Shown: positions 8,093-20,233 of the stretch, in pieces
How positions within the stretch are numbered: the first letter of the stretch is position 1
Layout of the letters: the number at the start of each line of letters is the position of its first letter
NCBI RefSeq assembly: GCF_000009045.1
Contig: NC_000964.3
Coordinates: 750,001 to 782,000 of the forward strand
Direction of reading: 5' to 3'
Length of the DNA stretch: 32,000 nucleotides
DNA from: Bacillus subtilis subsp. subtilis str. 168
Lineage (GTDB): Bacteria; Bacillota; Bacilli; Bacillales; Bacillaceae
The notes under the pieces: model-generated
Databases searched by the model: none
The model's input: the letters and a program-made list of their open reading frames with translations, nothing else
Told to the model about the DNA's origin: nothing
Program-made: the position numbers and the translations under genes

Positions 8093-8722
8093 ATGTTGAT
8101 GATACACAGTGTGGCAAATGGGCTGAATCATTTTTGTACGTGGGTGATGAGACTGGCCTATTTGAATGTGCTTTGGATTTTGTTTTCTCTTGCAGGCCTG
8201 GTTGTATTTGGGCTGATGCCCGCTACTGCCGCGATGTTTACAGTGGCGAGAGAATGGGCGAAGGGGAATACAGATGCCCCGGTGTTTTCTGTCTTTTTTC
8301 GGACGTTTAAAAAGGAATGGCGGGCATCACAGATCCTCGGGCTTATCGTTGTGACGGCTGCCCTGTTTCTGTTTGCGGATATGCGGATAGCGGCTCAGAT
8401 GGACCAGCCTGTGCTCGTCAATGTATTCGTGAGCATTAGTTTGATTTTCGCGTTTGTTGTGCTGTATGTGTTCCCGGTATTTTCTCATTTTGACGTAAAA
8501 ATCAGAGAGGTGCTGAGCATCAGCTTTTTCATTGCCTTCAGTCGTCCGGCGGTGACGCTTTTGATGGCAGCGGGCGCTGTCGGTGTGCTTTGTCTCGTTC
8601 TGTTTCATGTCACGTTTCTATTGTTTTTCAGCGGGAGTTTACTCAGCCTGATCTTAACGAAGCTGTCCTTTAAAGCGTTTCGGTCAATGGATCAGCGGCA
8701 GGAGAAAGAAAAGGCGGCATGA
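8093..8722 (+). CDS. yesL: DUF624-family membrane protein
   Basis: Hydrophobic ~209 aa protein; several adjacent start codons (8090, 8093, 8096, 8099) after AGGAAGG. Paralogous to 19487-20113. Confidence 0.86.
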   Translation: MLMIHSVANGLNHFCTWVMRLAYLNVLWILFSLAGLVVFGLMPATAAMFTVAREWAKGNTDAPVFSVFFRTFKKEWRASQILGLIVVTAALFLFADMRIAAQMDQPVLVNVFVSISLIFAFVVLYVFPVFSHFDVKIREVLSISFFIAFSRPAVTLLMAAGAVGVLCLVLFHVTFLLFFSGSLLSLILTKLSFKAFRSMDQRQEKEKAA

Positions 8723-10452
8723 AGAAAAGAGTTGCTGGCTGGTACAGGCGGATGAAGATTAAGGATAAGCTGTTTGTGTTTCTATCGTTGATTATGGCCG
8801 TATCCTTTCTGTTTGTATACAGCGGGGTCCAGTATGCCTTTCATGTGTATGATGAGCAGATTTACCGCAAGTCCTCGGAGGTGCTTCGGATGTCTTCTGA
8901 AAGGATCGAAGACGAGCTGAAGAAGATAGAGGATGTGTCATATGAAATCATTACAGACGAACAGATTCAGCGCATCCTGAGCATGCAAAATCGGGATGAT
9001 ACGTATGATCAATATCAAATGAAGCAGGAGCTGTGGGATCAGCTTGCGGGATATGCCAGCGATGAAAAGTACATCGATTCCATTCATGTGATTGATGCCC
9101 GCGGCTCAGAGTATTCAGCCGGAAGCAGTTCTTCAGATCTTTTGCAGCAGGAGCAGGAAGAGGTATTTAAGCGAGCGAAAGCGAAAAGTGGAAGAAATCT
9201 TTGGATGACGCTCGGCGGGTCAGACCCCGTCCTGATTTCAGCACGGCAGATCAGGTCCTATCACCAGCTGAGTCTGAACGGCTTGGGCATGGTACTGATC
9301 CAGGTCAATGTAAAACAGATGATTCGTGATGTGCCGAAGGATTGGGGCGATTCAGTCGGAGACATTATGATTGCTGACCAAGGCGGTAATTTGGTGTATA
9401 CGGCACATGCATCAGCGCATGTTCCTGAGGCAGCAAAAGAGACGTTGAAGCACCCCGGTTATGACTTGATAAAAAAGAATGGCAAACGTTACTTTATTTC
9501 TTATCTTCAATCATCCTACCAAAATTGGAGCTACTATAACGTTATCCCCTTTGATCAGATGTTCGCAAAAATTTCCTTTATGAAAACAGTGATCGGCACA
9601 TGCTTTCTTCTCTTTTTCTGTGTGGTTTTGCTTTTCGGAAGGAAAATCGCCAACAGCATCACGGAGCCGATTGAACAGCTTGTGACCGCGATGAAATCGG
9701 TACAGCACAGCGGCATTGAAGCAGGTGTGTCGCTTTCTCTGCCGGAACATACACAGGATGAGGCCGGCATGCTGAACCGCCATTTTACTGTCATGATGAA
9801 ACGGATTAATGAGCTGATGGAAGAAAATGTGGAAAAACAGCTCATCATTAAAGAAACCGAATTGAAAGCACTGCAAGCCCAGATCAATCCGCATTTTTTA
9901 TATAACACGCTCGAGTCCATCAATTGGCTGGCCAAGGCGAATCAGCAAAAGCAAATCTCAAAAATGGTGGAATCGCTCGGTTTTCTTCTGCGAAACAGCA
10001 TACATATGAAGAAGGATATCGTGACCATTCAGGAGGAGGCGGACATTGTACGTCACTATATGACCATTCAGCGATTTCGATTTGAAGAGCGCCTGAAATT
10101 CACGTTGGATATTGACGATGAGGTGAAGCATTGCCTCATTCCGAAACTGACGCTCCAGCCGCTTGCGGAAAATGCGATTCAATACGCGCTTGAACCCTTT
10201 ACAAGGCCATGCGCCATCCGGATTCAGGCGAAAAAGGCGAAGGGCTGTGTCTGTATTACGGTCGAAGATAACGGCCCTGGCATGGATGGACGGATTCTTG
10301 AATCAACGGGTGGAAGAGGAATCGGACTTTGGAATATTCGCGAGCGCATCAGCCTGACATTCGGAGAGCCATACGGATTGCGGATTCATAGTGAGCATGA
10401 AAAGGGGACGAGGATTGTGATCACAATACCGTGCCGAAATGAGGTGGTGTGA
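8719..10452 (+). CDS. yesM: Two-component sensor histidine kinase
   Basis: TM segments, HAMP, LKALQAQINPHFLYNTLESINWLAKAN (His_kinase family) and HATPase (GRGIGLWNIRERI); ATGA overlap with yesL. Confidence 0.94.
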   Translation: MKKRVAGWYRRMKIKDKLFVFLSLIMAVSFLFVYSGVQYAFHVYDEQIYRKSSEVLRMSSERIEDELKKIEDVSYEIITDEQIQRILSMQNRDDTYDQYQMKQELWDQLAGYASDEKYIDSIHVIDARGSEYSAGSSSSDLLQQEQEEVFKRAKAKSGRNLWMTLGGSDPVLISARQIRSYHQLSLNGLGMVLIQVNVKQMIRDVPKDWGDSVGDIMIADQGGNLVYTAHASAHVPEAAKETLKHPGYDLIKKNGKRYFISYLQSSYQNWSYYNVIPFDQMFAKISFMKTVIGTCFLLFFCVVLLFGRKIANSITEPIEQLVTAMKSVQHSGIEAGVSLSLPEHTQDEAGMLNRHFTVMMKRINELMEENVEKQLIIKETELKALQAQINPHFLYNTLESINWLAKANQQKQISKMVESLGFLLRNSIHMKKDIVTIQEEADIVRHYMTIQRFRFEERLKFTLDIDDEVKHCLIPKLTLQPLAENAIQYALEPFTRPCAIRIQAKKAKGCVCITVEDNGPGMDGRILESTGGRGIGLWNIRERISLTFGEPYGLRIHSEHEKGTRIVITIPCRNEVV

Positions 10453-11558
10453 TGTATAAAATACTGCTGGCTGATGATGAGAGGATTATCCTTGATGGAA
10501 TGGCGGGAATCATTGAGTGGGAGTCGCTTGGCGCCTCATTGATCGGAAAAGCGCAGAACGGACATGAAGCATATGAAAAGATTGTACATAAGCAGCCGCA
10601 TATCGTCATCACAGACGTCAAAATGCCCGGCATGGACGGGCTTGAGCTGATCAAAAAGGTGTCAGCCGTCAGCCCGTCGGTGCAATTTATCGTCCTGTCC
10701 GGGTTTGGAGAGTTTGAGTACGCAAAGGAAGCCATGAAATATGGGGTGAAGCATTATTTGCTGAAACCCTGCAATGAACAGCAGATTATCAGCTCGCTGG
10801 AGGAAATCATTGCTGAGCTGAAGCGGCAAGATGTGCACAAAAAGAAAACAGCCCATCTGAAACACGAGCTGGACCATATCCGTTCCTTTGCAGCCGATCA
10901 ATACTTGGAAGGCTTGATCGCCGGTGTGGCCCAGCTTTCTCCGCCGCCTTCACTTGCCGGAAAAAAGATCCGCCTCTTGATCTTAAAAGGGGAACAATCT
11001 ATTGATGCTGCAGCCAGAGAGGCACTCGGATCGGCACTGACAGCGGTTTGCAGCAGCGGTGAATGGACCGTGCTCGCCGTAGAGGAGAACGCCGCTGAAA
11101 AGGTGGCGGAGGTTTTTGCGGACCGCAAGATGGCCATCAGTCAGGCGGGAGAACTCCGGCACGCGGGGCAGCTGTTTCGTGACACAGCTGAAGCGTCTGG
11201 TGACCTGCATGGGAGCGCAGTGATTTCAAAAATGATCAGGCTTATTGCCGACGAGCTCGGAAATCCGAATCTGTCCTTAAAATGGGCGGCGAAGGATATG
11301 CTGTTTATGAATCCTGATTATCTCGGGAAGTTATTTAAGCAGGAAACAGGCGAGAAATTTTCCCAATATGTTACACGGGTGCGTCTTGAGCATGCGATGA
11401 AGCAGATGAAAATAAGGAGGGACGTGAGCGTTTCAGAAATTGCTGAAGAAATCGGGTTTGGCGATAATCCGAAGTATTTCAGTCTTGTTTTTAAAAAATA
11501 TACCGGTCTGACACCGTCAGAATTCAGAAGAAAACAGGGAGGCGCTTCCGCAGGATAG
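10452..11558 (+). CDS. yesN: Two-component response regulator, AraC-type DNA-binding output
   Basis: MYKILLADDERIILDGMAGII...ITDVKMPGMDG receiver; C-terminal AraC HTH; 368 aa. Confidence 0.94.
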   Translation: MYKILLADDERIILDGMAGIIEWESLGASLIGKAQNGHEAYEKIVHKQPHIVITDVKMPGMDGLELIKKVSAVSPSVQFIVLSGFGEFEYAKEAMKYGVKHYLLKPCNEQQIISSLEEIIAELKRQDVHKKKTAHLKHELDHIRSFAADQYLEGLIAGVAQLSPPPSLAGKKIRLLILKGEQSIDAAAREALGSALTAVCSSGEWTVLAVEENAAEKVAEVFADRKMAISQAGELRHAGQLFRDTAEASGDLHGSAVISKMIRLIADELGNPNLSLKWAAKDMLFMNPDYLGKLFKQETGEKFSQYVTRVRLEHAMKQMKIRRDVSVSEIAEEIGFGDNPKYFSLVFKKYTGLTPSEFRRKQGGASAG

Positions 11559-11628
11559 CCATCTCTGTTTTTTTGACTTTCGCCACTGTTTTTTGAGTGT
11601 TTCGCCCTATCCGAACGCTTTAAAATAA

Positions 11629-13871
<2,243 letters not shown>

Positions 13872-13874
13872 CGG

Positions 13875-14765
13875 ATGGAGCCGGTCAACCAGCCTGTCAG
13901 AGAAGCCCCGGTTTTTGAGAGAAAAAAAGCCGGGCGCGTCAGTCCCAAACGCATACTGTTCCATGTTTTTACGGCAACGCTGGCGGTGTTGCTGCTGTAC
14001 CCGGTTATTTGGCTGTTTGTCAGCTCGTTTAAAGAAAGCGCCAGTATTTTTACAACCTCACATTCTCTCATTCCAGACCCTTTTATTCTCAGTAACTATG
14101 CTGAAGGGTGGAAGGGCATTGCGGGACAGCCGTTTCTGACGTTTATTAAAAACTCGGCGATTATTGTCGGGCTGTCAACAATCGGTGCCGTCATGTCATC
14201 GGCTGTCATTGCGTACGGATTTGCGCGTATACCGTTTAAGGGAAAAAAATTTTGGTTTGCGTGCATGATGGGGACGTTAATGCTGCCTCATGAAGTGTTG
14301 ATGATTCCGCAGTATATTATGTTTGCGAAATTAGACTGGCTGAATTCCTTTAAACCAATTGTCGTTCCGCAATTTTTCGGGCATGCGTTTTTTATCTTTC
14401 TGATGATCCAGTTTATCCGGACGATTCCCGAGGAGCTGGATGAAGCCGCGCGAATCGACGGATGCGGACGCTTTGCCTGCTTTTGGCGGATCATTCTCCC
14501 GCTGATTGCCCCCGCGCTTGCGACGTCTGCGATTTTCTCCTTCTATTGGAAGTGGGAGGAGCTGATTCAGCCGCTCTTGTATTTGAATAAGCCGGAGCTT
14601 TACCCTGTTTCACTTGCGCTGAAGCTTTTTCTCGATACAGAGTCGGCTTCGAACTGGGGCGCGATGTTTGCCATGTCAGCCGTCTCGTTATTGCCTGTGA
14701 TTCTTGTTTTCTTTTTGTTTCAGAAATATATCGTTCAGGGCATCAGTACGACCGGATTAAAATAA
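13875..14765 (+). CDS. yesQ: ABC transporter permease (MalG-like)
   Basis: [32 protein letters not shown]; 296 aa. Confidence 0.92.
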
Positions 14766-14780
14766 AAAGGAGTGTTGCAG

Positions 14781-15815
14781 ATGGCACAGCTTATCTTTGA
14801 TGAAGAAAAGGTGACGTCGGTTATTGACCGGATCGTGAAACGGACATTTCAGATGGATTTTGCGTGGGATTGGCCGGGCGGCGTTGCGTTTTACGGTGTG
14901 GCGGAGGCCTATGAAGCGACGGAAAACGAGGAATATATCAATCTGTTAAAAACGTGGGTGGATGAACAGCTGGAGGATGGGCTGCCGCCGCTTTCGATCA
15001 ACGGAGTTTCCATTGGGCATACGCTTTTGTTCCTCCACAAGGTGACAGGTGATGACGTGTATTTGGAAACAGCGGCCGAGATGGCGGAATATGTGCTGCA
15101 TAAGGCGCCGCGCTTTGGCGAGGGTATCCTTCAGCATACGGTGAATGCGGCAGAATACGTATTCCCTGAACAGGCATGGGCGGATACGCTGATGATGGCT
15201 GGGCTGTTTATGCTGAGAATCGGGCGGGTCATGGAGCGTGAGGATTATTTTGAAGACGGCCTGCGCCAGTTTCACGGACATGAGGATGTGCTTCAGGACC
15301 CTGTCACGAATTTGTACTACCACGCCTGGGACAACAAAGCGCAAAATCATCTGTCGGGGATTTATTGGGGCAGGGCGAACGGCTGGGCGGCACTCACGAT
15401 GGCAAAGGCGCTCCCGCTTATTGAGGTGACACATCCTTCCTTTATGATCATCGACGGATCGCTCAGAGACCAGCTGAGCGCGCTTGTCCGGCTTCAGGAT
15501 GAATCAGGGCTGTGGCATACAATTTTGGATGATCCGGATTCTTATCTGGAGGTTTCGGCATCAGCGGGTATTGCTTCTGCTCTGATGTCGAGCGGAAAGC
15601 TGTATACAAAATATGTGCAGAAATCGCTTGCCGCCATTTTGGATGCAGTGGAAGAGGACGGACGGGTCAGCAGGGTATCGGCCGGGACAGCCGTCATGAA
15701 AAATGCCGAAGGATACAAACAGGTGCCTTACAAACGAATACAAGGATGGGGGCAGGGACTTGCGCTGACGTTTCTTGCTGATGTTTTGAAAACGAAAAAA
15801 CGCTTGTATCAGTAA
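14781..15815 (+). CDS. yesR: GH105 unsaturated rhamnogalacturonyl hydrolase
   Basis: [26 protein letters not shown]-like and [20 protein letters not shown] motifs; 344 aa from ATG 14781. Confidence 0.92.
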
Positions 15816-15837
15816 AGATAGCGGCGGGGGGAGAGGG

Positions 15838-18123
15838 ATGAAAAAACAGCCTCAACAGAAGGAACGGGTTTCTCGCTGGAAGGGAACGTATTTCAAAAGA
15901 AACTTTGTCTTCATTTTGCTGATTGCCTGTATTCCCGGATTGCTGACTGGCGGCGCAATCTACTTTCTTTCGATCGACAAGGTGGAGAAAGAGCTGCAGA
16001 GATCGCATGAAACACAGGTGGCGCGTGAGGTCAGCCGAATGGATGAGAAGCTGGGAGTGCTTGAACTGGCACTCACCCAGATGGCCTACGATTCTTCACT
16101 GATGAACGGATTGGCCGAGAGGGATTTGGAGAAAGACTTTACGTTCTCCTATCAATTAACGAAAAAGCTGTTTCTTTTGCGGGATCAGCAGCCGCTGATC
16201 GAGCAGGCTTCCATCTTTCTGAACAGCCCCCGGCCACTTGTGCTGAGCCCTGAATACAGCGCTTTGACAGAACAGGAGGCGCTTCGCAAGTATCGCTCGC
16301 TGCTTGCCTCAGACCACAGCATTTATTGGAAACGGTCGGGAAACCAAGCGATGCTGATCCAGCTCATTCCGGGCGCGGCGGAGAAACCGTTCGGCGCGAT
16401 CATGCTGGCGGTTGATCCGAAAGAAATGGAATCAATCCTGCAAAGCTTGTCCCCCTATCCTGATGGCAGTGCGTTGCTTTTAGATCAAAATCGAGAGGTG
16501 CTGTTTCATGAGGGGGAAAAAGATTTTGAAAAGACTTTACTTCATGAGATAAAAAAACAGCCTGCTGAGAACGGCCATTTTCAGATGGAATGGAAAGGCA
16601 AGGTGTATTCTGTCTCCTTTGGAGAAATGAACCGGATGCATCAGCAATGGACCTTTGTGTCAGCGGCGCCTCTTTCAGCTATTACAGCGCCGATGGTGTT
16701 TTTATCAAAAGTGATCATCGTGATGCTGGTCATTTGCATCGGTTTGGCGGTGTGCATGACATGGTATGCATCAAAAAAAATCTATCGTCCCATCCAGCAT
16801 TTGCTTGGCTTGTTTACCGGAGGAGAGAAGAAAACATGGCAGGCGTCCGGGCAGGATGAATTCAAATGGATTGAAAAGAGATGGCAGGATCTATCCCTTG
16901 AAAGCCGGAAGCTCCAACAGCAGCTCCTGCGGCAGACGCCCCATATGAAAAAGAGTTTTTTGCAGCATCTCTTACAGAGCGATTTTTACTATGACAACGA
17001 GGAAAGCCTCAGATTTCGGATGGAGGAGGCTGGCTGGAACATCGGCGGAAACGTGTTTCATGTGCTTGATCTACAGGTGACAGGGCTCCGCTGTGAAAAA
17101 AGCATCTTCCGTGAAGGTGATGAACAGCTTGCCGTGTTTACACTGACTAATATCGCTGAGGAATTGGCGGCTAAACGCGTTTTTCAGCTCTCCATACTTG
17201 ATATCGGCCGGCTTTCTGTCACCGTTCTTGTGATGAAAACAAACAGCTCTGATCTGAAGGCGTATATAACGGAGCTGGCACGCCAATTTGGAGATGTAAC
17301 CGGACTATGCCTGACCTCGACATTGAGCAGCAAGACGGAGCGTGTCACGGAAATTCCTTCTTTATTTCAGGATGTGAAATGCGGCAAATCCCGCAGGAAG
17401 TTTGCTAACCGGGATCAGGTCATTGATTTGCAGGCCGACTTCCCTCGGGATGAGCAGTTCGCTCCTTATTACCCTTTTGAGCTGGAAAAACAAATTGTTC
17501 AGACCATCCGGCTGGAAAGAAAACAGGAAGCCAAGGAACTGATAGATGGATGTATGAAGGAACTGTCGGAAAAAGCGGCCATAGACAGGCATGTGCATTC
17601 CGCCCTGATTCAGCTGTTTTCCCGCATTCAGGAGGATATTTTGCATTCCGGGCTCAATCCCAGCGAACTGTTTCAGCACCGGAATCCGTTTCTTGATATT
17701 TCAGAATTGCGCGAACCTAACGAAGCGGCGGCCTGGCTGATGGATGTAGTGGTGACGCCTTACCTTTCCAAGCTTGAGGGCAGAAAAAACAGACAGCAAA
17801 AGCAGCTGGCAGAACGTGTGATTGCGATGATTCACGAACAGTATATGGCGGACATTTCATTGGAAAGCTGTGCCGATGCGCTTGGCATGAATTCCTATAC
17901 GTTAAGCAAGGCATTTAAGCAAGTGACCGGCATTAATTTTATCGATTATGTGACCCAGATCAGAATCGAAAAGGCGAAAGAACTGCTGGTCAATACGAAT
18001 AAAAAAATTCATGATGTGTCTGAAGAAGTCGGCTATCGCCACAATTATTTCAATCGGATTTTTAAAAAACAGGTCGGCATGCCGCCGGGTGTCTTCAGGC
18101 AAATGTATCAGGAAACGCCGTGA
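15838..18123 (+). CDS. yesS: AraC-family transcriptional regulator with N-terminal membrane/sensor region
   Basis: N-terminal [24 protein letters not shown], second TM near 300 aa, C-terminal AraC HTH ([26 protein letters not shown]); 761 aa. Confidence 0.93.
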
Positions 18124-18136
18124 AAGGAGAGAACAT

Positions 18137-18835
18137 GTGATGAAGAAACCGATTCAAGTATTTTTAGCGGGGGATTCCACTGTGAGTGACTGCCCGCCTC
18201 ATGAAGCGCCGATGGCGGGGTGGGGGCAGGTATTCGGGCAATTGTTTTCTGAAGGTGTGCTGGTCCGCAATCATGCCAAAGGAGGAGCGAGCACCAATTC
18301 TTTTGTGGAGGAAGGAAGGCTTCAAGCAATTGCCGAGCACATCACACAAGGCGATTATTTGTTGATTCAATTCGGCCACAATGACCAAAAACCGCGGGGG
18401 ACGAAGCCGTACTCCACATTTCAGCAGTTTCTTACCTTGTTTGCAGATACGGCACGCGAAAAGGGCGCGCATCCTGTGTTCGTCACATCGGTGCAGCGCC
18501 GCCGCTTTGATGAAAACGGACGGATCGAGCATACGCTCGGTGAGTATCCCGATGCGATGAAAGCACTGGCGAAGGAGCTCGATGTACCTGTGATTGATCT
18601 GCTTGCGAAAACAAAGGTGCTGTATGAAGCATACGGGCCGGAGGAGTCGAAGCGATTGTTCGTTTGGTTTCAGCCGAATGAACATCCGAATTACCCGGAC
18701 GGCATTGAGGACAATACGCATTTTTCGGAAAAAGGTGCAATGGAGGTTGCGAAGCTTGTGGCAGAAGGCATTGAAGAGCTCGGACTTCCGCTTAAGGACC
18801 ACCTTGTGAGCCGGGAGGGAAAAGAACATGTATAA
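18137..18835 (+). CDS. rhgT: SGNH-family rhamnogalacturonan acetylesterase
   Basis: IQVFLAGDSTVSD block I and FGHNDQKPRG, HFSEKGA blocks; GTG 18137 or ATG 18140 after AAAGGAGAG. Also known as yesT. Confidence 0.92.
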   Translation: MMKKPIQVFLAGDSTVSDCPPHEAPMAGWGQVFGQLFSEGVLVRNHAKGGASTNSFVEEGRLQAIAEHITQGDYLLIQFGHNDQKPRGTKPYSTFQQFLTLFADTAREKGAHPVFVTSVQRRRFDENGRIEHTLGEYPDAMKALAKELDVPVIDLLAKTKVLYEAYGPEESKRLFVWFQPNEHPNYPDGIEDNTHFSEKGAMEVAKLVAEGIEELGLPLKDHLVSREGKEHV

Positions 18836-19490
18836 GGAAGGCGCTTGCTTGTACCGCAATCCGCTCCGGTCTAAAAGCGATGTGAAGGATTGGCGGATGG
18901 AGGGAGGCGGACAGATCTCATTTGACGATCACAGCTTGCACCTGTCACATGTCCAGGATGAAGCGCACTTTGTCTTTTGGTGTCCGGAAACCTTTCCAGA
19001 CGGCATCATTGTGACATGGGACTTCTCTCCGATCGAGCAGCCTGGACTGTGTATGCTGTTTTTTGCCGCTGCGGGTATTCGCGGCGAGGATTTGTTTGAC
19101 CCAAGTCTCAGGAAAAGAACAGGAACATACCCTGAGTATCATTCAGGAGATATCAATGCCCTCCACCTGTCGTATTTCCGCAGAAAATACGCGGAGGAAA
19201 GAGCGTTCCGCACCTGCAATTTAAGAAAAAGCCGCGGTTTCCATCTCGCCGCAATGGGGGCCGATCCGCTGCCTTCTCCAGACGACGCTGATTCTCCGTA
19301 TCGTATGAAGCTGATCAAAGACAAAGGCTATGTGCACTTTTCAATCAATGGTCTGCCCATTCTTGAGTGGATGGACGACGGCAGCACATATGGGCCTGTG
19401 TTAACAAAAGGAAAAATCGGGTTCCGGCAGATGGCCCCCATGAAAGCCGTTTACAGGGATTTTGCCGTGCATCAAGCGGTGAGAAGATGA
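18828..19490 (+). CDS. yesU: DUF1961-family protein, lectin/laminarinase-like fold, possible RG-I lyase or accessory
   Basis: 220 aa MYKEGACLYRNPLRSKSDVKDWRMEGGGQISF...; overlaps the yesT 3' end. Confidence 0.88.
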   Translation: MYKEGACLYRNPLRSKSDVKDWRMEGGGQISFDDHSLHLSHVQDEAHFVFWCPETFPDGIIVTWDFSPIEQPGLCMLFFAAAGIRGEDLFDPSLRKRTGTYPEYHSGDINALHLSYFRRKYAEERAFRTCNLRKSRGFHLAAMGADPLPSPDDADSPYRMKLIKDKGYVHFSINGLPILEWMDDGSTYGPVLTKGKIGFRQMAPMKAVYRDFAVHQAVRR

Positions 19491-20113
19491 AGACGACTGT
19501 AACGGATGCGCTTTATGCAGGCTGCGAAGCGGTGGTGAAAATAGCATGGCTCAACGGGCTGTGGCTGTTGTTTACACTTTTGGGCGGCGTTCTTTTCGGA
19601 TGGGCGCCGAGCACAGCTGCGATGTGTGCCGTTATAAGGAAATGGCTGATGGGGCAAAAGGATGTCCCGATATTTTCGTTATTTCTCGATACCTATAAAA
19701 AAGAGTTTCTCAAGGTTAATGCGATCGGATTGGCGTTTTCGGCTCTTTTGCTCATATTGTCTGCCAACTATCATTATTTTTCTGCCAGTACGAATTGGCT
19801 GTCCTTTGCCGTAACAAGCTGCACGCTGCTTGCAGGGCTTTTGTATATCATCGCGCTGATGTATGTGTTTCCCCTTTATGTGCATTACCAGCTCCCGCTT
19901 CGCAAATATATTCCGCAGGCACTGCTGTTTGGCGCCATGAGACCGCTGACAACTGGCTGTATGCTGATCGGGTGCGGATTTGTCCTTTATTTGCTGTATA
20001 CGCTTCCTGGCCTGATCCCATTTTACGGCCCGTGTTTATTTGGGCTTGTGTTGATGTTTTTTGCTCTTAGGGGATTTCAAAAGACGGAGGCCCAGCACCA
20101 TCAAGCCGGGTAA
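19487..20113 (+). CDS. yesV: DUF624-family membrane protein
   Basis: MKTTVTDALYAGCEAVVKIAWLNGLWLLFTLLGG...; 208 aa; overlaps the yesU stop; paralogue of yesL. Confidence 0.87.
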   Translation: MKTTVTDALYAGCEAVVKIAWLNGLWLLFTLLGGVLFGWAPSTAAMCAVIRKWLMGQKDVPIFSLFLDTYKKEFLKVNAIGLAFSALLLILSANYHYFSASTNWLSFAVTSCTLLAGLLYIIALMYVFPLYVHYQLPLRKYIPQALLFGAMRPLTTGCMLIGCGFVLYLLYTLPGLIPFYGPCLFGLVLMFFALRGFQKTEAQHHQAG

Positions 20114-20177
20114 CAAAAAAATGACAAATAAGCAAAAAAGTGCAGTGTCCGAAATAGGCAGATGCAAAAAAGTGAAA

Positions 20178-20206
20178 TTGAAGACAGCTCACAAAGCGCA
20201 TAAAAT
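20178..20206 (+). promoter_or_regulatory. Putative sigma-A promoter of yesW
   Basis: TTGAAG - 17 bp - TAAAAT. Confidence 0.6.
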
Positions 20207-20215
20207 CCAATTTAA

Positions 20216-20227
20216 GTAAGCGCTTAC
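20216..20227. promoter_or_regulatory. Palindromic operator or cre-like element upstream of yesW
   Basis: Perfect palindrome GTAAGCGCTTAC within AAGTAAGCGCTTACAG, just downstream of the predicted -10. Confidence 0.65.
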
Positions 20228-20233
20228 AGATAA

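Noticed and set aside
11560-11580. Possible terminator after yesN (AGCCATCTCTGTTTTTTTGAC)
   Set aside because: A T-tract is present but I could not find a convincing GC-rich stem.
18164-18859. 231-aa antisense ORF over yesT
   Set aside because: Mirror ORF in GC-rich coding DNA; composition and lack of initiation signals indicate an artefact.
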